Below are positions 22,436-35,748 of a stretch of 64,000 nt of DNA, in pieces. The stretch's first letter is position 1, and every line of letters begins with the position of its first letter. The position numbers and the translations under genes were made by a program. The DNA lies in contig NC_092353.1 in the NCBI RefSeq assembly GCF_963676685.1, positions 20,243,307 to 20,307,306 on the forward strand. Reading direction: 5' to 3'. This DNA comes from Mytilus edulis (taxonomy: Eukaryota). The notes beneath the pieces are model-generated. The model saw only the letters and a list, made by a program, of their open reading frames with translations. It did not search any database and was not told the DNA's origin.

Positions 22436-24413
22436 ACTAATCGGTGTGGCTTTTGTTTTTGTTTTGTTGCAGGCCGTATAGGTTGCACTTTGTAAATCAC
22501 GTGTGATTTGCAAGTCACGCCTCTTTTGGGGAGAAATTGAATGTGCATAAAATACTGCTACTGTTTACATAGTTGTTGCCACGGATGCAAAGTAATTTTT
22601 TTTTAATTAAGACTTGATTGGAGAATTAAATGGATATAAATAAAAATGTCTATTTATTTAACTTATTTTTCAGGAGGACTGGAAGACATTTGGGTGTTGA
22701 GTCAAATTTAATGGAAAAATTCAGTGCGAACCTGCAATGTTTATAAATGGAGGGCAGTAAAACTTGAAAATATGCCGCACAGCTATATGTTTTTATTAGT
22801 GCAAAAAAAAGTAGTGCATGTCTCCTTTCCAGGGAAATATAACATTCTCCTCAAAACTTCCTGAATGAAGAGTGACTGCATATGCAATTTAGGCAGTTCC
22901 TATGGAAAACTGCATTGCTGGTTTTACACAAGTGCAACCTATAGTGACCTTTACTTCATTTATCTTCATCATTTGTCCTGATTATAATGTTTTCACATTG
23001 TGTCATGTCGGGGCCTTTTGAATTATTAAAACTGTTATACTCAGCTGTGTTGTCTACATGAATTGTAGGACTTATGCACATTTTTTTTTTATCAGATTTA
23101 ACTTTTTTGTTTTCAAACGTCTCTTTTCTAAAAGTAATTTACTAGAATACTTTTTGTCTAGCCTTCGATTTTAGTCGACAAAGCGAGACATAGCGATCCT
23201 ACATGCCATCGTCCACAAATATTCACTCTGTTGTTAAAAGTTTTTGAAATTTTAATAACTTTTTAAACTAACCTGGAATTGTACCAAAGCTTGTGTATGA
23301 TCAATGGATAGTATCTAGAAGGAAATTTTGTTACATTTTGTACCTGTTTTCTGTATTTTACTAATAATTTGACTTAGTTTTTCTTCCAGTTAACATTACA
23401 TACAGTCTGCAATTAAAGATTTAAAAAAAAATATTAGATTCATAAACTATTCTGGAATTTTACCAAACTTGGAAAAAGCTTCTTACAATCTAAAGATATA
23501 GTATCGAAAGAAATATTTTTATTTTAATTTTTTTCTGCTTTTTTGTTGAGTCTGCTATTAATAGCAAAAGTAGGCGAGACACTGGGTTCCGCGGAGCCCT
23601 TACGAATTTTTCTATCCAAGTATCATAACAATTCATAAAGGTTTGGCAAATATTTTATACTATATTACGGATAACCACTATATTACGGATAACCAGCTTT
23701 ATAAATTTTGATGATTAATATCATTGCTTTCGAAAAAAAATCTTGGCTATACCACTGAACTTGACAGCGTAGTTGTGACCGGCGGGAAAGTTATCATGAC
23801 GTTGTTGCGATTAAAACTTATTTTAACGTAGTTTAGCGCCTTATTGGCAAACGTCCCGTTTGCCATTAAAAATCAATGTTTATTGCTTTTATTGAAAAAA
23901 CAAGCACATGGACCCCCAGTTTTTTCTTTTGCAATCAATTAAGTAATGTTAAAAGAACGCTTCGCCAAAATTTAAAGGAAAAATCAACGATCAAATTTTT
24001 TCTGCACCTCTGAATAGAATCACAAATGTTGTCAATTTCTTTATTTCACTAATACATGTAGTAATATAAATTCAGAAAATAACAATTTAGTTTAACCTTA
24101 AATTTGTTATACATTATGTTGATGCCATAGATCTAGGGATCATTTCACAAAAAACCTGGTTAAGTTATGACTGTTCGTTCAAAAGTATTGTTACTTTCCG
24201 TAAAAGTCCTTATTTATGGAATTTCTGGGTTTTTACCTCAAAGATGCAAATTTCAAACCAAATTATCTGAAAAAGTAAGTCATGAAGGTATATTTTTCTT
24301 TGCATATTTCGAAAGTACACATTAAAATTGACCTTGTACCAAACTTTCAAGAAAAAATCAACGAGGAATCTCTACTGTATCGTATGCCCTTAATGCATTT
24401 ATTGGATTTTTAC

Positions 24414-24591
24414 CTGTGCTGCTCTGTCATGTTTAAGGCTTTATTAGCCCCTCCCATACAAATCAAAACTTCTTTGTTAGTAGTTGCATGCTCCAATGCC
24501 TCTCGCTGAAATTCCATAGTTGATAGTGTTCCATCTACTTGCTGTAACTGTCGTTCATACTTCTTTTTCCTCTTTAAAGCTTGCAGAGCAA
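24414..24591 (-). CDS. CHMP4: CHMP4/Snf7 exon (VALQALKRKKKYERQLQQVDGTLSTMEFQREALEHATTNKEVL…)
   Basis: Near-identical to CHMP4B AALQALKRKKRYEKQLAQIDGTLSTIEFQREALENANTNTEVL. Acceptor cttatcaatag|TTGCTC. Donor CACAG|gtaaaaatcc. Phases consistent (1 to 2). Confidence 0.85.
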
Positions 24592-25240
24592 CTATTGATA
24601 AGCACAAACTCACTATAAATTTCCATATTAATGCACACAAAGATGAAGATTTAAATGGAATATTTATTCAATCATATTGCCATTAAATATAATAAACTCA
24701 CCATACCAGGATTAAAATTGTGTACACTGATCATGTGCTTGGTCTACAAAAGACTCATGAGTGACACTTGAATCAAAACAGGCTCCAAGGAGCAATCAAT
24801 GATCATCAAAAAACTATATGCAGACAGTTTTTATCTAGTGATTTCTAGGGGCTTGCATTAAAATAGCCATTATTTTAATTGAAGGTTTCTGTTTTGTAGT
24901 CCTATTGGATCTTTAAAGTAAAAGCAGTGCACACTTTTTACTGCAGTGCTACATACAAAATTTCTTTGGTCAATGTTTTCAAATACAGATGAAACTTCAA
25001 AAAGCAGCATATCTACCAATTACGTTTATATCTAACAATTTAAATATTCAACATACCGGTATTAGGCAAAACAGTAAATCTAAATGCTTATCAGTACTAA
25101 ATGGTAGATTGATTTAATTTATCAATGGAAGGTAAAATTAAATATTGCTTTTTATAAACATTGGTTGTAGCTGAATTAACTACAATTGTTTAAAAAAAAA
25201 GAAGATAACTCCAATTTTAAAGATTACTTGCAACAATTAC

Positions 25241-25429
25241 CTCTTTTGTTTGTGGCAGCATTTTCTTTTGCCACCTTCAGTTCCTTGTCCATCTTCTTTT
25301 CAAGGTAATCTAGTTTTTTCCCTAACATGTCTTCTTTTTTCTTTAAGTTTTCCACAGTTTCTTGTGCTGCAGGAGTTTTAAAACCACCTTTGTTCTTTGA
25401 TTGGCTTGATTTGGATCTTGTGTCTTGTT
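25241..25429 (-). CDS. CHMP4: CHMP4/Snf7 (ESCRT-III) exon (…KGGFKTPAAQETVENLKKKEDMLGKKLDYLEKKMDKELKVAKENAATNKR). No in-frame ATG, so an upstream exon is required.
   Basis: Matches CHMP4B PTPQEAIQRLRDTEEMLSKKQEFLEKKIEQELTAAKKHGTKNKR. Acceptor aatttcag|AACAAG at 25430, phase 1. Donor AAAAGAG|gtaattg. Confidence 0.75.
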
Positions 25430-25598
25430 CTGAAATTAACAGTAGATCATTTTCTATTCATATAAATGTTTGAAATTTATCTGCATATCAATGATTATTA
25501 ATGAAACCAAACAATCTGAATTTAGCAATTTTTTTTCATCTATAAGTATACTATACTATTAATCCGTTTATATTTGAAAGATAAATATACAGGACACT

Positions 25599-25906
25599 TT
25601 AATTACCTGAAGGCTGAACTGGTTCACTTTTTTCCTCGTCCATCATCCTCTTTACAAAGGCAAAATAATTAATCTGTTGGTCAGTACTGTCCACATCAGC
25701 TTCTCTCATCATTTCTTCAATCTCCTCGTCTGTTAATTTCTCCCCTAAGTTTGTCATCACGTGTCTTAAATCTGACATGCTGATAGATCCTTCACCATCT
25801 TTGTCAAATACTTTGAATGCTTCCATTATTTCTTCTTCTGCATCAGTATCTTTCATCTTATGTTGCATCAATGTGTAAAATCCTGGAAAGTCAACTGTAC
25901 CTCTAT
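25599..25906 (-). CDS. Calmodulin-like EF-hand protein exon, EF hands 3-4, with stop codon (…[102 protein letters not shown])
   Basis: Matches calmodulin [70 protein letters not shown]. Acceptor attttag|ATAGAGG. TAA stop at 25599-25601. A GT donor overlaps the stop codon: TCAG|gtaattaa. Confidence 0.75.
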
Positions 25907-26269
25907 CTAAAATATAAATTTAAAATCTAAGTCTTTGGTAGATGAAACGAGCGTCTGGCGTCAGTGTAAAATTTTAGTCCTGGTATCTATGATAAGTTTA
26001 TTTATATATTTTTTATATTGTCAATTCAGAAATTATTGCCAGGTTTTTATTAATGCACAAAATGCCACTGGGTGAGCATCCCAATGATAAGAACTCACAT
26101 TCGGACAACTGAAATATAGACCTGTATGCCCTTTTTTCCATAATCACAATAAAAGAACTCGCACTTTTGTTCATTCTGGAAAAATTGCAATAATAAATGC
26201 ACGCAATAATATCTTAATTTACAGTATATAAATTTATCTAAGTATCTTTTAACAATGACACTGAAAATA

Positions 26270-26480
26270 ATACATGATAATAACACTGAAAACAATACAT
26301 TACACTGAAAATAATACATGATAATAACACTGAAAACAATACATTACACTGAAAACAATAAATTACACTGAAAACAATACATGATAATTACACTGAAAAC
26401 AATACATTACACTGAAAACAATACATGATAATTACACTGAAAATTAAACAATACATTACACTGAAAACAATACATTACAC
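26270..26480. repeat. Short tandem repeat (CACTGAAAACAATACATTA / …ACATGATAAT…)n
   Basis: Direct inspection. Confidence 0.7.
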
Positions 26481-26668
26481 TGAAAACGATACATGAAAAT
26501 TTTGGAGCATAAAACAAGTTTTTATTTCAGTTGAGTACAGTTTATACCACAGCACAGATAAAAATTTAAATCTTAAAATTTGCTTGCTTTTAGACATTAT
26601 TTATATATTTCTATCTATATCTTATAGATTATTTTTCATTGAAACAAATTATGCTTGGAATAGGTTAC

Positions 26669-26812
26669 CATCAAAGTCAAGATCATTTATTATGATTTGT
26701 AGTTCTGCTTCTGTTGGATTTTGACCCAAAGCCCTCATGAGAGACCCAACATCTTTTGTAGAAATTGTATGCCCATCATCTTCAGAAAATATATCGAAAG
26801 CTTCTTTCAGTT
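26669..26812 (-). CDS. Calmodulin-like EF-hand protein exon, EF hands 1-2 ([48 protein letters not shown]…)
   Basis: Matches calmodulin [49 protein letters not shown]. Acceptor attttcag|AACTG, phase 1, so an upstream Met-containing exon is required. Donor TTTGATG|gtaacc. Confidence 0.7.
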
Positions 26813-26974
26813 CTGAAAATATACATATTAATAAATATCAAAATCAAAAATGTCTATATTTTTGTCAAATCAGAACCAAAAGAGGATCATTAGAAGAGGA
26901 CCTCCATTCATCATATCTTGACAAGTTTGATTAAAATCTGCCAGACCAAAAGAAGAAGATGATAATGTTGAATA

Positions 26975-29258
26975 AAATGCTCTGCAGGGCGCAGCTAGAT
27001 ACGACCGCAGAGGTTGAACTCTGAACAGTTGGAGCAAGTATGGACACAATATTCAAGCTGGATACAGCTCTGAATTTGGATTGTGATTAAATATTTGACA
27101 CAGCATAGGTTTCTGACACAGAATGAATGTGGTTTAATGAACTTAAACTAGAGGCTCTAAAGAGCCTGTGTCGCTCACCTTGGTCTATGTGAATATTAAA
27201 CAATGTACACAGATGGATTCATGACAAAATTGTGTTTTGGTGATGGTGATGTGTTTGTAGAGCCTACTTTACTAAACATTCTTGCTGCTTACAATTATCT
27301 CTATCTATAACAGTACTTTCTGTGGAAAATGTTATTGAAAATCTTCAAATTTTAAGAAAATTGTTAAAAATTGACTATGAAGGGCAATAACTCCTTAGGG
27401 GGTCAATTGACTATTTTGGTCATACTGACTTATTTTTAGTTCCTACTTTGCTGTACATTATTGCTGTTTACAGTTTATCTCTATCTATAATAATATTCAA
27501 GATAATAACCAAAAACAGCAAAATTTCCTTAAAATTACCATTTCAGGGGCAGTAACCCAACAACCGATTATCCGATTCATCAGAAAATTCCAGGGCAGAT
27601 AGATCGTGACCTGATCAACAATTTTCCTTCCTGTCAGATTTGCTCTAAATGCTTTGGCTTTTGAGTTATAAGCCAAAAACTTCATTTTACCCCTATGTTC
27701 TATTTTTAGCCATGACAGCCATCTTGGTTGGTTGGGCGGGTCACCGGACACATTTTTTAAATTGGATACCCCAATGATGATTATGGCTAAGTTTGGTTAA
27801 ATTTGGCCCAGTAGTTTCAGAGGAGAAGATTTTTCTAAAAGATTACTAAGATTTACGAAAAATGGTTAAAAATTTACTATACAGGGCAATAACTCCTAAA
27901 GTAGTCAACTGACCATTTTGGTCATGTTGACTTATTTGTAGATCTTACTTTGCTGAACATTATTGCTGTTTACAGTTTATCTCTATCTATAATAATATTC
28001 AAGATAATAACCAAAAACAGCAAAATTTCCTTAAAATTACCATTTCAGGGGCAGCAACCCAACAACGAAATGTCCGATTCATCCGAAAATTTCAGGGCAG
28101 ATAGATCTTGACCTGATGAACAATAATACCCCTGTCAGATTTGCTCTAAATGCTTTGGTTTTTGAGTTATAAGCCAAAAACTGCATTTTACCCCTATGTT
28201 CTATTTTTAGCCATGGCGGCCATTTTGGTTGGTTTGCCGGGTCACTGGACACATTTTTTAAACTAGATACCCCAATGATGATTGTGGCCAAGTTTGGTTA
28301 AATTTGGCCCAGTAGTTTCAGAGGAGAAGATTTTTGTAAAAGTTAACGCAGGACGACGACGGACGACGAACGACGACGACGGACGCCGGACGCCAAGGGA
28401 TGAGAAAAGCTCACTTGGCCTTTCTGCCAGGTGAGCTAAAAAATTTAATTTACTTATGATGTTCCAAGATCCAAAATCTACATGGCCATGGATTGATTCA
28501 GCATATCAAAGAATCACAAGAATTCATTTTTTTATGAAATCAAACAATGTTTAATTTTGGACCCTTTTGACCTCAATGGCGAAATCTAAGGATTTTCTTA
28601 TGCCAAGCATAGATTACCTTAGCCAATTTTGGCACAACTTTTTGGAATTTTGAATCCTCAATCCTCTTCAACTATGTATTTGTTTGGCTTTATATCTTTT
28701 TTAATATGAGCGTCATTGATGAGTCTTATGCAAACAAAAGGTGTGTCTGGTGTACTTAATTATAATCCTGGTACCTTTAATTTGATAACTATTGACCTAA
28801 ATGTGGACCAATTTGATAACAGGGCCCAAAAATCAGAAAATCAAAATACATGGTTAGATTTAGCATATCAAAAAACCTGTTACATTCAATTTTTGTTGAA
28901 ATCAAACAAAGTTAAATTTTGGACCCCAATTTTGACCAACTTGAAAACTAGGCCCATAATCAAAAATCTAAATACATGTCTAGATTAAATAGCATATCAA
29001 AGAACCCCAAGAATTCAATTTTTGTGAAAATCAAACTAAGTTTAATTTTGGACCCTTTGGACCTTAATGTAGACCAATTTCAATCCCAACCTCCCTTTTG
29101 TGGTTTCAAACCTTCTTTTTAAATTTCATAGAGATTCATTTTCTTAAACTAAAGTTATTGTCTGGAAACTTAGTGTCTTTGGATGATGCTGACGACTACA
29201 ACATGATACCAATATATGACCGCAAAATATTTTTGCAGTCGTATAAAAACCTAGGACC
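26975..29258. mobile_element. Family A composite element enclosing a family C satellite module (27146-28444) and ~100-bp repeat module; tail TTTTTGCAGTCGTATAAAAACC
   Basis: Head at 26975-27140 is ~90% identical to 620-790. Tail at 29225-29258 has the same hairpin motif. Confidence 0.6.
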
Positions 29259-29479
29259 ACGACGACAAACACTCAAGCAATGAAGATCATTCATAAGGGA
29301 TTTTGAGCCAGAAGAGAATTTTTTTGGTTATTATCATAAGCCTCAAAACATACCTCTGCCTTCATTACATTAACTAACCATATTTTTTCATAATGATCTT
29401 CAGTTCTTTGGTATTTTTAAAACTTGACTTTTTTTTGTCTTAATCTTAATCTCTTATAGAACAAATGCCTCTATTTTAC

Positions 29480-29602
29480 CTGAAGTAATAAGATCTTCCC
29501 CATCCACTGCTCCTCTTTGAACTCCTTTTACAAATCGTCCACTACTGAGACTTTCATCCTCACTAGTGCATTCTTCCTCACTGCTACTACTATAGACACT
29601 TC
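29480..29602 (-). CDS. PARP4: PARP4 candidate exon 26 (GSVYSSSSEEECTSEDESLSSGRFVKGVQRGAVDGEDLITS). Last PARP4 exon identified; 3' end of gene not found.
   Basis: Phase-1 acceptor tatttaag|GAAGTG compatible with exon 25. Donor TTCAG|gtaaaatag. Acidic/Ser-rich like the PARP4 region after SWQGE. No direct homology. Confidence 0.45.
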
Positions 29603-29934
29603 CTTAAATAATAAATTCATAGAGGCTCATAAACTTTCCTTTGAGCACCTTTAATGCATGAAATTATAAAATTGAGGTTGTGAGTTTTGAAATCCTGCTC
29701 GTATTGGTACACTTGACTCCAATCTTGACTAGGATTGTTTTTTTTTCCGAACGAAGGTTAGTGGTTTTCACTGGGCACACCATTAAAAACTGGCCGCTAT
29801 AAAGTGGAGTTAAACACCAACAATGAATCAATCAACTACATACAATAAGAACCAATCTTACCAAGTATGAGAAATTTTATAAAATGGTCTCATAGTAGTT
29901 GCATTCACAGGGTGTTATTGTCATAAGCTTCAAC

Positions 29935-31590
29935 CAGATGCTCCGCAGGACGTAGCTTTATACGACCGCAGAGGTTGAACCCTGAACGGTTGGGGCAAGT
30001 ATGGACACAACATTCAAGCTGGATTCAGCTCTAAATTTGGATTGTGATTAAATAGTTGACACAGCATAGGTTTCTGACACAGAATGAATGTGTTCTAATG
30101 AAGTTAAAATTTTTGTTTTCTCATAGAGCAATTCACTATGCTGTTGAATATTAATCCTCTCAAAAAAATGTTTGAAGAAATTTTCTTTTTTATTTATGAA
30201 ATTTCAAATGAGAAAAATTGAACCCAATTTTTTTAATCACATCCCCCTTTCCCTTATTCCAAAACTAATCTCAATTAAAATTTCTAATGGAGTTTGCAAC
30301 AATAACTACTCATTTAAATACATCATAAAATATTAAGATGTAAAAAAACTGCTTGTTATCACTGAATGGTAAAGATTATTTTAATTTATCAGTTGGTTGT
30401 AAAAAGTGAATATACATTGTATATTGTATATAACAAAGATTTAAGTTGATTCTGGACAAAGAAAGATAACTCCAATTAAAAAAAAATCTTGCTATTGCAC
30501 AATATTTTGCAATTAGATATTTCTTGCTTACTATTCTGGACAAAGAAAGATAACTCTAATTAAAAAAAAATTTGCTATTTCACAATATTGTGCAATTAGA
30601 TATTTCTTGCCATTGCACAATACTGTGCAATTGAAAAGACTTGCTATTGCACAATACTTAATATAATAATTTTAGATCCTGATTTGGACCAACTTGAAAA
30701 CTGGGCCCATAATAAAAAATCTAAGTACATTTTTGGATTCAGCATATCAAAGAACCCCAAGATTTCAATTTTTGTTAAAATCAGACTAAGTTTAATTTTG
30801 GACCCTTTGGACTTTAGTGTAGACCAATTTGAAAACATCACCAAAAATGAAGAATCTACATACACAGTTAGATTTGGTATATCAAAGAACCCCATTTATT
30901 CAATTTTTGATGAAATCAAACAAAGTTTAATTTTGGACCCCGATTTGGACCAACTTGAAAACTGGGCCAATAATCAAGAATCTAAGTACATTTTTAGATT
31001 CAGCATATCAAAGAACCTAACTGATTCATTTTTTGTCAAAATCAAACTAAGTTTAATTTTGGACCCTTTGGACCTTAATGTAGACCAATTTGAAAACGGG
31101 ACCAAAAGTTAAGAATCTACATACACAGTCATGACAGTTAGATTCGGCATATCAAAGAACCCCAATTATTCAATTTTAATGAAATCAAACAAAGTTTAAT
31201 TTTGGACCCTTTGGGCCCCTTATTCTGTTGGGACCAAAACTCCCAAAATCAATACCAACCTTCCTTTTATGGTCATAAACCTTGTGTTTAAATTTCATAG
31301 ATTTCTATTTACTTATACTAACGTTATGGTGCGAAAACCAAGAAAAATGCTTATTTGGGTCCCTTTTTGGCCCCTAATTCCTAAACTGTTGGGACCTAAA
31401 CTCCCAAAATCAATACCAACCTTCCTTTTGTGGTCATAAACCTTGTGTTAAAATTTCATAGATTTCCATTCACTTTTACTAAAGTTAGAGTGCGAAAACT
31501 AAAAGTATTCGGACGACGACGACGACAACGCAGACGACGACGCCAACGTGATAGCAATATACGACGAAAATTTTTTCAAATTTTGCGGTC
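29935..31590. mobile_element. Family A composite element (head 29935-30100; 40-bp minisatellite 30480-30660; ~100-bp repeats 30660-31230; (GACGAC)n plus hairpin tail TATACGACG…GCGGTCGTATAAAAAA at 31500-31590)
   Basis: Head and tail alignment with the other copies. The ORF at 30684..31112 is an artefact of repeat translation. Confidence 0.6.
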
Positions 31591-33513
31591 GTATAAAAAA
31601 TTGTCAAGGTTTCCTTACTTTTATATTTCAGAATATAATGACAGTAACAATAGTAACACATGTGAGAGCTTTCTGTGAAATGGTCTCAGAAGAGATGCCT
31701 CCACGAGGTGTTATAGTCACAAAACTCCAAAATATGTTAGGATCACACAGAAGGTTAAATATAAACATCTACAAATAATGGCATAAAATCCTTTTTTGGT
31801 AAGCAGATAAATTTTTAGAACAATAGACTATTTTCATATTACTGACTTTTGACTCCAGAGTTTGTTTTTTTTAGGCAGGTTAACTTATCTGTAGTTGGAC
31901 ATCCTGGTACTCTGACTAGTAGGAGCAACTTCGAGTTAAAGAAGTAAAAATCAAGCTTGTGACAATTTAGGGGGGAAAGGAGTAGGTCCGGTAAGGACCG
32001 ATTTTGGCCTCAAATTTCAGGTTCATCTGACGAAAGATTTTGACCACTTTTTAAACGCTTTAGGGGGTTCGCGGGTCTAAATCATTTATATAGGATTTCT
32101 CTATATTTTTCTATAAATGAACTTTATCTTATAGTTAACAGAAAAATAAAATAAAAAAGTGGGGTCACCGTTCATTTGCGCTCACAATCTGCCTTCGAAA
32201 GAAGCATACATTTTTGTAAAGGTGGTTTTTTTCTGTTGAAGTAATAGGAGAAATAAAGGTAATATCGAAAAAAAAGAAAGAAATTTATTACAGAAATCGC
32301 TCAAATTTTACAATAATTTAGTTTAAGTACAGCTTATATGGAAATTATATTAAAAAATATAGGTCACCGATGAGTTAAAAAAGATATTTCAATTTTAAAG
32401 CCAAAAAATGGCATTTTTCCACCAAAGGGAGATAATTTGGAACTTTTTCAATGATGTATACATTTTAAAAGTCATCTGGGGCCAACACGAATTGTTTGTT
32501 TTGAATGATTTTTGTACCATATGATAAGTAACAACTACAAAAGGTAACAAATAAAATTTGACATGAAAAACAAATATTTATTTTTTTTCTGAAATTCTTA
32601 TACCCTCGAGCCTCCTTAAGTGTCTATTTCATTTGATTCAATTAGTTTATGTGAAAGATTTTAACTGATTTAGTCATTAAAAATAATCCGATTCAAGCTC
32701 AAATATGAAAAATCTACCAAATATGCCGAAAAATGTCACTTTTCAGATGGTTTTTGTCAAAAATGAAAGTGGCCGCATCTGTGTTCATCCACAACCTTTA
32801 TATATGTTATGTATTATCATCAAATACAACTTACATTTCAATATTAAGGATGAACACGAATGCGGCCACTTTTGTTTTACACCGAAACCGTTTAAAATTT
32901 AACTAAAATGCTAGAATTGTGGAGATTTCAGTAATTTAGCATGACTTAATGGTGCTACTACCGGATATATGTGCATTGTATTGTCAACAGCCCATATTTA
33001 TGTAGCAGAATAAAATTGAGAATGGAAATGGGGAATGTGCCAAAGAGACAACAACCCGACCATAGAAAAAAACAACAGCAGAAGGTCACCAACAGGTCTT
33101 CAATGTAGCAAAAAATTCCCGCACCCGGAAGCGTCCTTCAGCTGGCCCCTAAACAAATATATACTAGTTCAGTGATAATGAAAGCCATACTAATTTCCAA
33201 ATTGTAAACATTCTTCTGTCCAATAAATAACTAAAAGTTTACATTTTAATAATTTTGTAAAACTGCTATATTTTGGGGCCAAAAAGGGGTCTTACTGGAC
33301 AAACTCCTTTAGTTTTACTTTTTCTTTATAGGACAAATTACGGAAAACAGAAAACTTTTCCAAAAAATCGCACCAATTAGAGGTTTGATTTTACTTCTTA
33401 TTGTTGCTCTTTCTTGACTTGAGTACTAGGATGTCTTACCACAGAATAGGTACCTTTTGAAGCAAAAAAAATCTGGAGTCATAAGTGGGTTATATGAGAA
33501 GTCTATTGAGTAC

Positions 33514-33610
33514 CTGTCTCTCCTTCCCAGTTCAGGTAGGTAAGGAAGTCCACATCTTCTCTATCAACGAACTCTGATATAAATGGTCCCTCTGACGATA
33601 CTACCTCATC
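33514..33610 (-). CDS. PARP4: PARP4 exon 25 (DEVVSSEGPFISEFVDREDVDFLTYLNWEGET)
   Basis: Matches PARP4 ENESPFPDIPKVSELIAKEDVDFLPYMSWQGEPQ. Acceptor catttgtag|GATGAGG. Donor GACAG|gtactcaat, phase 1. Confidence 0.85.
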
Positions 33611-34401
33611 CTACAAATGTTTAATAAACAATCTCTAATAAACAAGTAGAGGCTTTTAAAATGTTTGTGTATATAATCAAGACAGCCATCATAAATGTGT
33701 TGCTTTTAAAACAGTAAATTCAGATATAATTTGTGATGTTTTTAATATTGAGAAAATTGCAACAGTATAAGCTTTGCAAAAATGAAAACTTCTTTTTCAA
33801 ATTTTGCTTGTTTTATTTGTATTTAAAAATTGCAATAATTAATCTCCCAATTTTGTCAATTGATCAACAATCCATCACAATAAAAAAATTCATGCTAAAA
33901 TTTCTCAATATATTAGATCTCTTCAGGATTTTGAAAAGCCACAGACATATTCCCAAGTTTTAGAAATGGTTTAATCTTCTTTAAAAATATCTGTTAAATA
34001 TAATGGCAGTGACTCAGGTTGGATACATCAATTACAGAAGACAGATTTTATATCATTTCTAAAAAAAATAATCATAATCGGTTAATAATCAACAGTATAA
34101 AGATGTTAACATAAGTTTTAGTTTTATTTTACATTAAGGTAGCACAATACAAAGATTTTTCATCCCCAATCAGTAAACCTTAACATTAATAAAAGAACAA
34201 AAGTATTAGGTCTTTGTTTTTTAAACAGTGTGCATATTTGTTAGAATAACATGTTTTATGTGGTCTATCACTTTCGTGTAAGATATGTTATTTTACTGGT
34301 AGCTTTATAAATAGGTAATAAAAGCAATCAGCAACAAGACTTTGAGATGACTACGGATTTTTTTTTTTTTTTTTTTGTTATACACAAAATTTCAGTATTA
34401 C

Positions 34402-34503
34402 CTTTTCTCTTTTCTCTACAGCAATAAAGCTTGTCAACTGTGTAACAATGGAATATTTCTTACTCAGTTCTATTATATAGTCTTTCATATTCATCTTCTT
34501 TAA
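34402..34503 (-). CDS. PARP4: PARP4 exon 24 (LKKMNMKDYIIELSKKYSIVTQLTSFIAVEKREK)
   Basis: Matches PARP4 MKKQTLKSLIIKLSKENSLITQFTSFVAVEKRDE. Acceptor tattttag|TTAAAGAAG. Donor GAAAAG|gtaatact. 102 nt. Confidence 0.9.
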
Positions 34504-35218
34504 CTAAAATATAGAAATTGAATGCAAGATGAAGAAATAGTCAAGATGAAGTACAATTCTAATGCGATAAGTATGTAACCATTTTTTTCATTGGCTAATA
34601 GTTACCGTCAAATCCACAGTTGACCAGGCGTAACTAAGGAGGGACCCACCATTTTGAATTGATTGGATCAACAAATGTTCGATTACTACAAAATTATCGA
34701 AAGTAAAACAACAACTACCTTGAATTCTTCGTTTTAATGTAATTTTATCCAATTATATTTGAATCCTAGAGGTAACGTAATAACCTCCAGTTTGTAAGTT
34801 TTCATTTGTATGACTTCACGTTTAGCCATGACGTCTTTGCGCTAAAATCAGTCATGAAGTTTCACAGAATTTTTTTGTATGTCAAATCTATACCCTTTTT
34901 AATACTTTAATCTAAGATTCTCTTTATTTATTGATGAAAATTAGAAGTGACAATATCTATTGCATGCAGGGGGGTTCTGATCCCGGATCCCACTTACTGT
35001 TTTGTCAGATTCCCATATCCGGCTTACACTATGTATGTAAGCAATTCTCATTTTTTTGTAATTTCCCCGTGTCCCGCTAGACTTCATTTCCTGTTTTCAC
35101 GGCACAATAATTTGACTTTCACGTGTTAAGCTTACAAAAAAATCATCAATCCCGCGTCAGGTTTAGACCTCAATGAGACCCACTGCAAGGTCAGCTCTAT
35201 TATAAAGCATAATTATAC

Positions 35219-35299
35219 CTGATGGTCAATACTGTCAGGGGAGAGTACTCCATCTTCCCAGTCTCTGATCACAGCTTTAGCAGTCAGGCAGTGAAGAAC
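35219..35299 (-). CDS. PARP4: PARP4 exon 23 (VLHCLTAKAVIRDWEDGVLSPDSIDHQ)
   Basis: Matches PARP4 MIHKLAARALIRDYEDGILHENETSHE. Acceptor attgacag|GTTCTTCAC. Donor CATCAG|gtataatta. 81 nt. Confidence 0.8.
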
Positions 35300-35748
35300 C
35301 TGTCAATGTTAAAGTTACAGATTCATATTTGATGATTTAATATAGTGATTTAATTTTATATCAGAAACATTGCTTTTAACACTTTTGAAATGATGCTTTT
35401 AAATTATCTCCAGAACTTATTTTTAACATTATCTGGCCGTTTAAGTATAATCATATCTACCAATATAGATATGAATATAGTATTCAAGAATTGAAGGGGC
35501 ACTAGCTGTCAAATTTATGTTCCCACATTTGACTCATATTCTCACATTTGATTTTAATAAAACAATGTAAATAATTTATCAAAATTATAAAAAATCTGAA
35601 AAAAAACATTGCAAGTTATACACTGTCCATACTAGAGACTATATTTGTAGACAAAGAAAAGCAAAGGATGATAACTCTGTCCTCAGAACTTCTATTGTAA
35701 AACACATATAGCACCTTGTAAATTTCAAAATTGCTATTTATTTTTTAC

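Noticed and set aside
30684-31112. 142-aa plus-strand ORF (MDQLENWAHNKKSKYIFGFSISKNPK…)
   Set aside because: Translation of the ~100-bp tandem repeat module of a family A composite element. The periodic protein repeat mirrors the DNA repeat.
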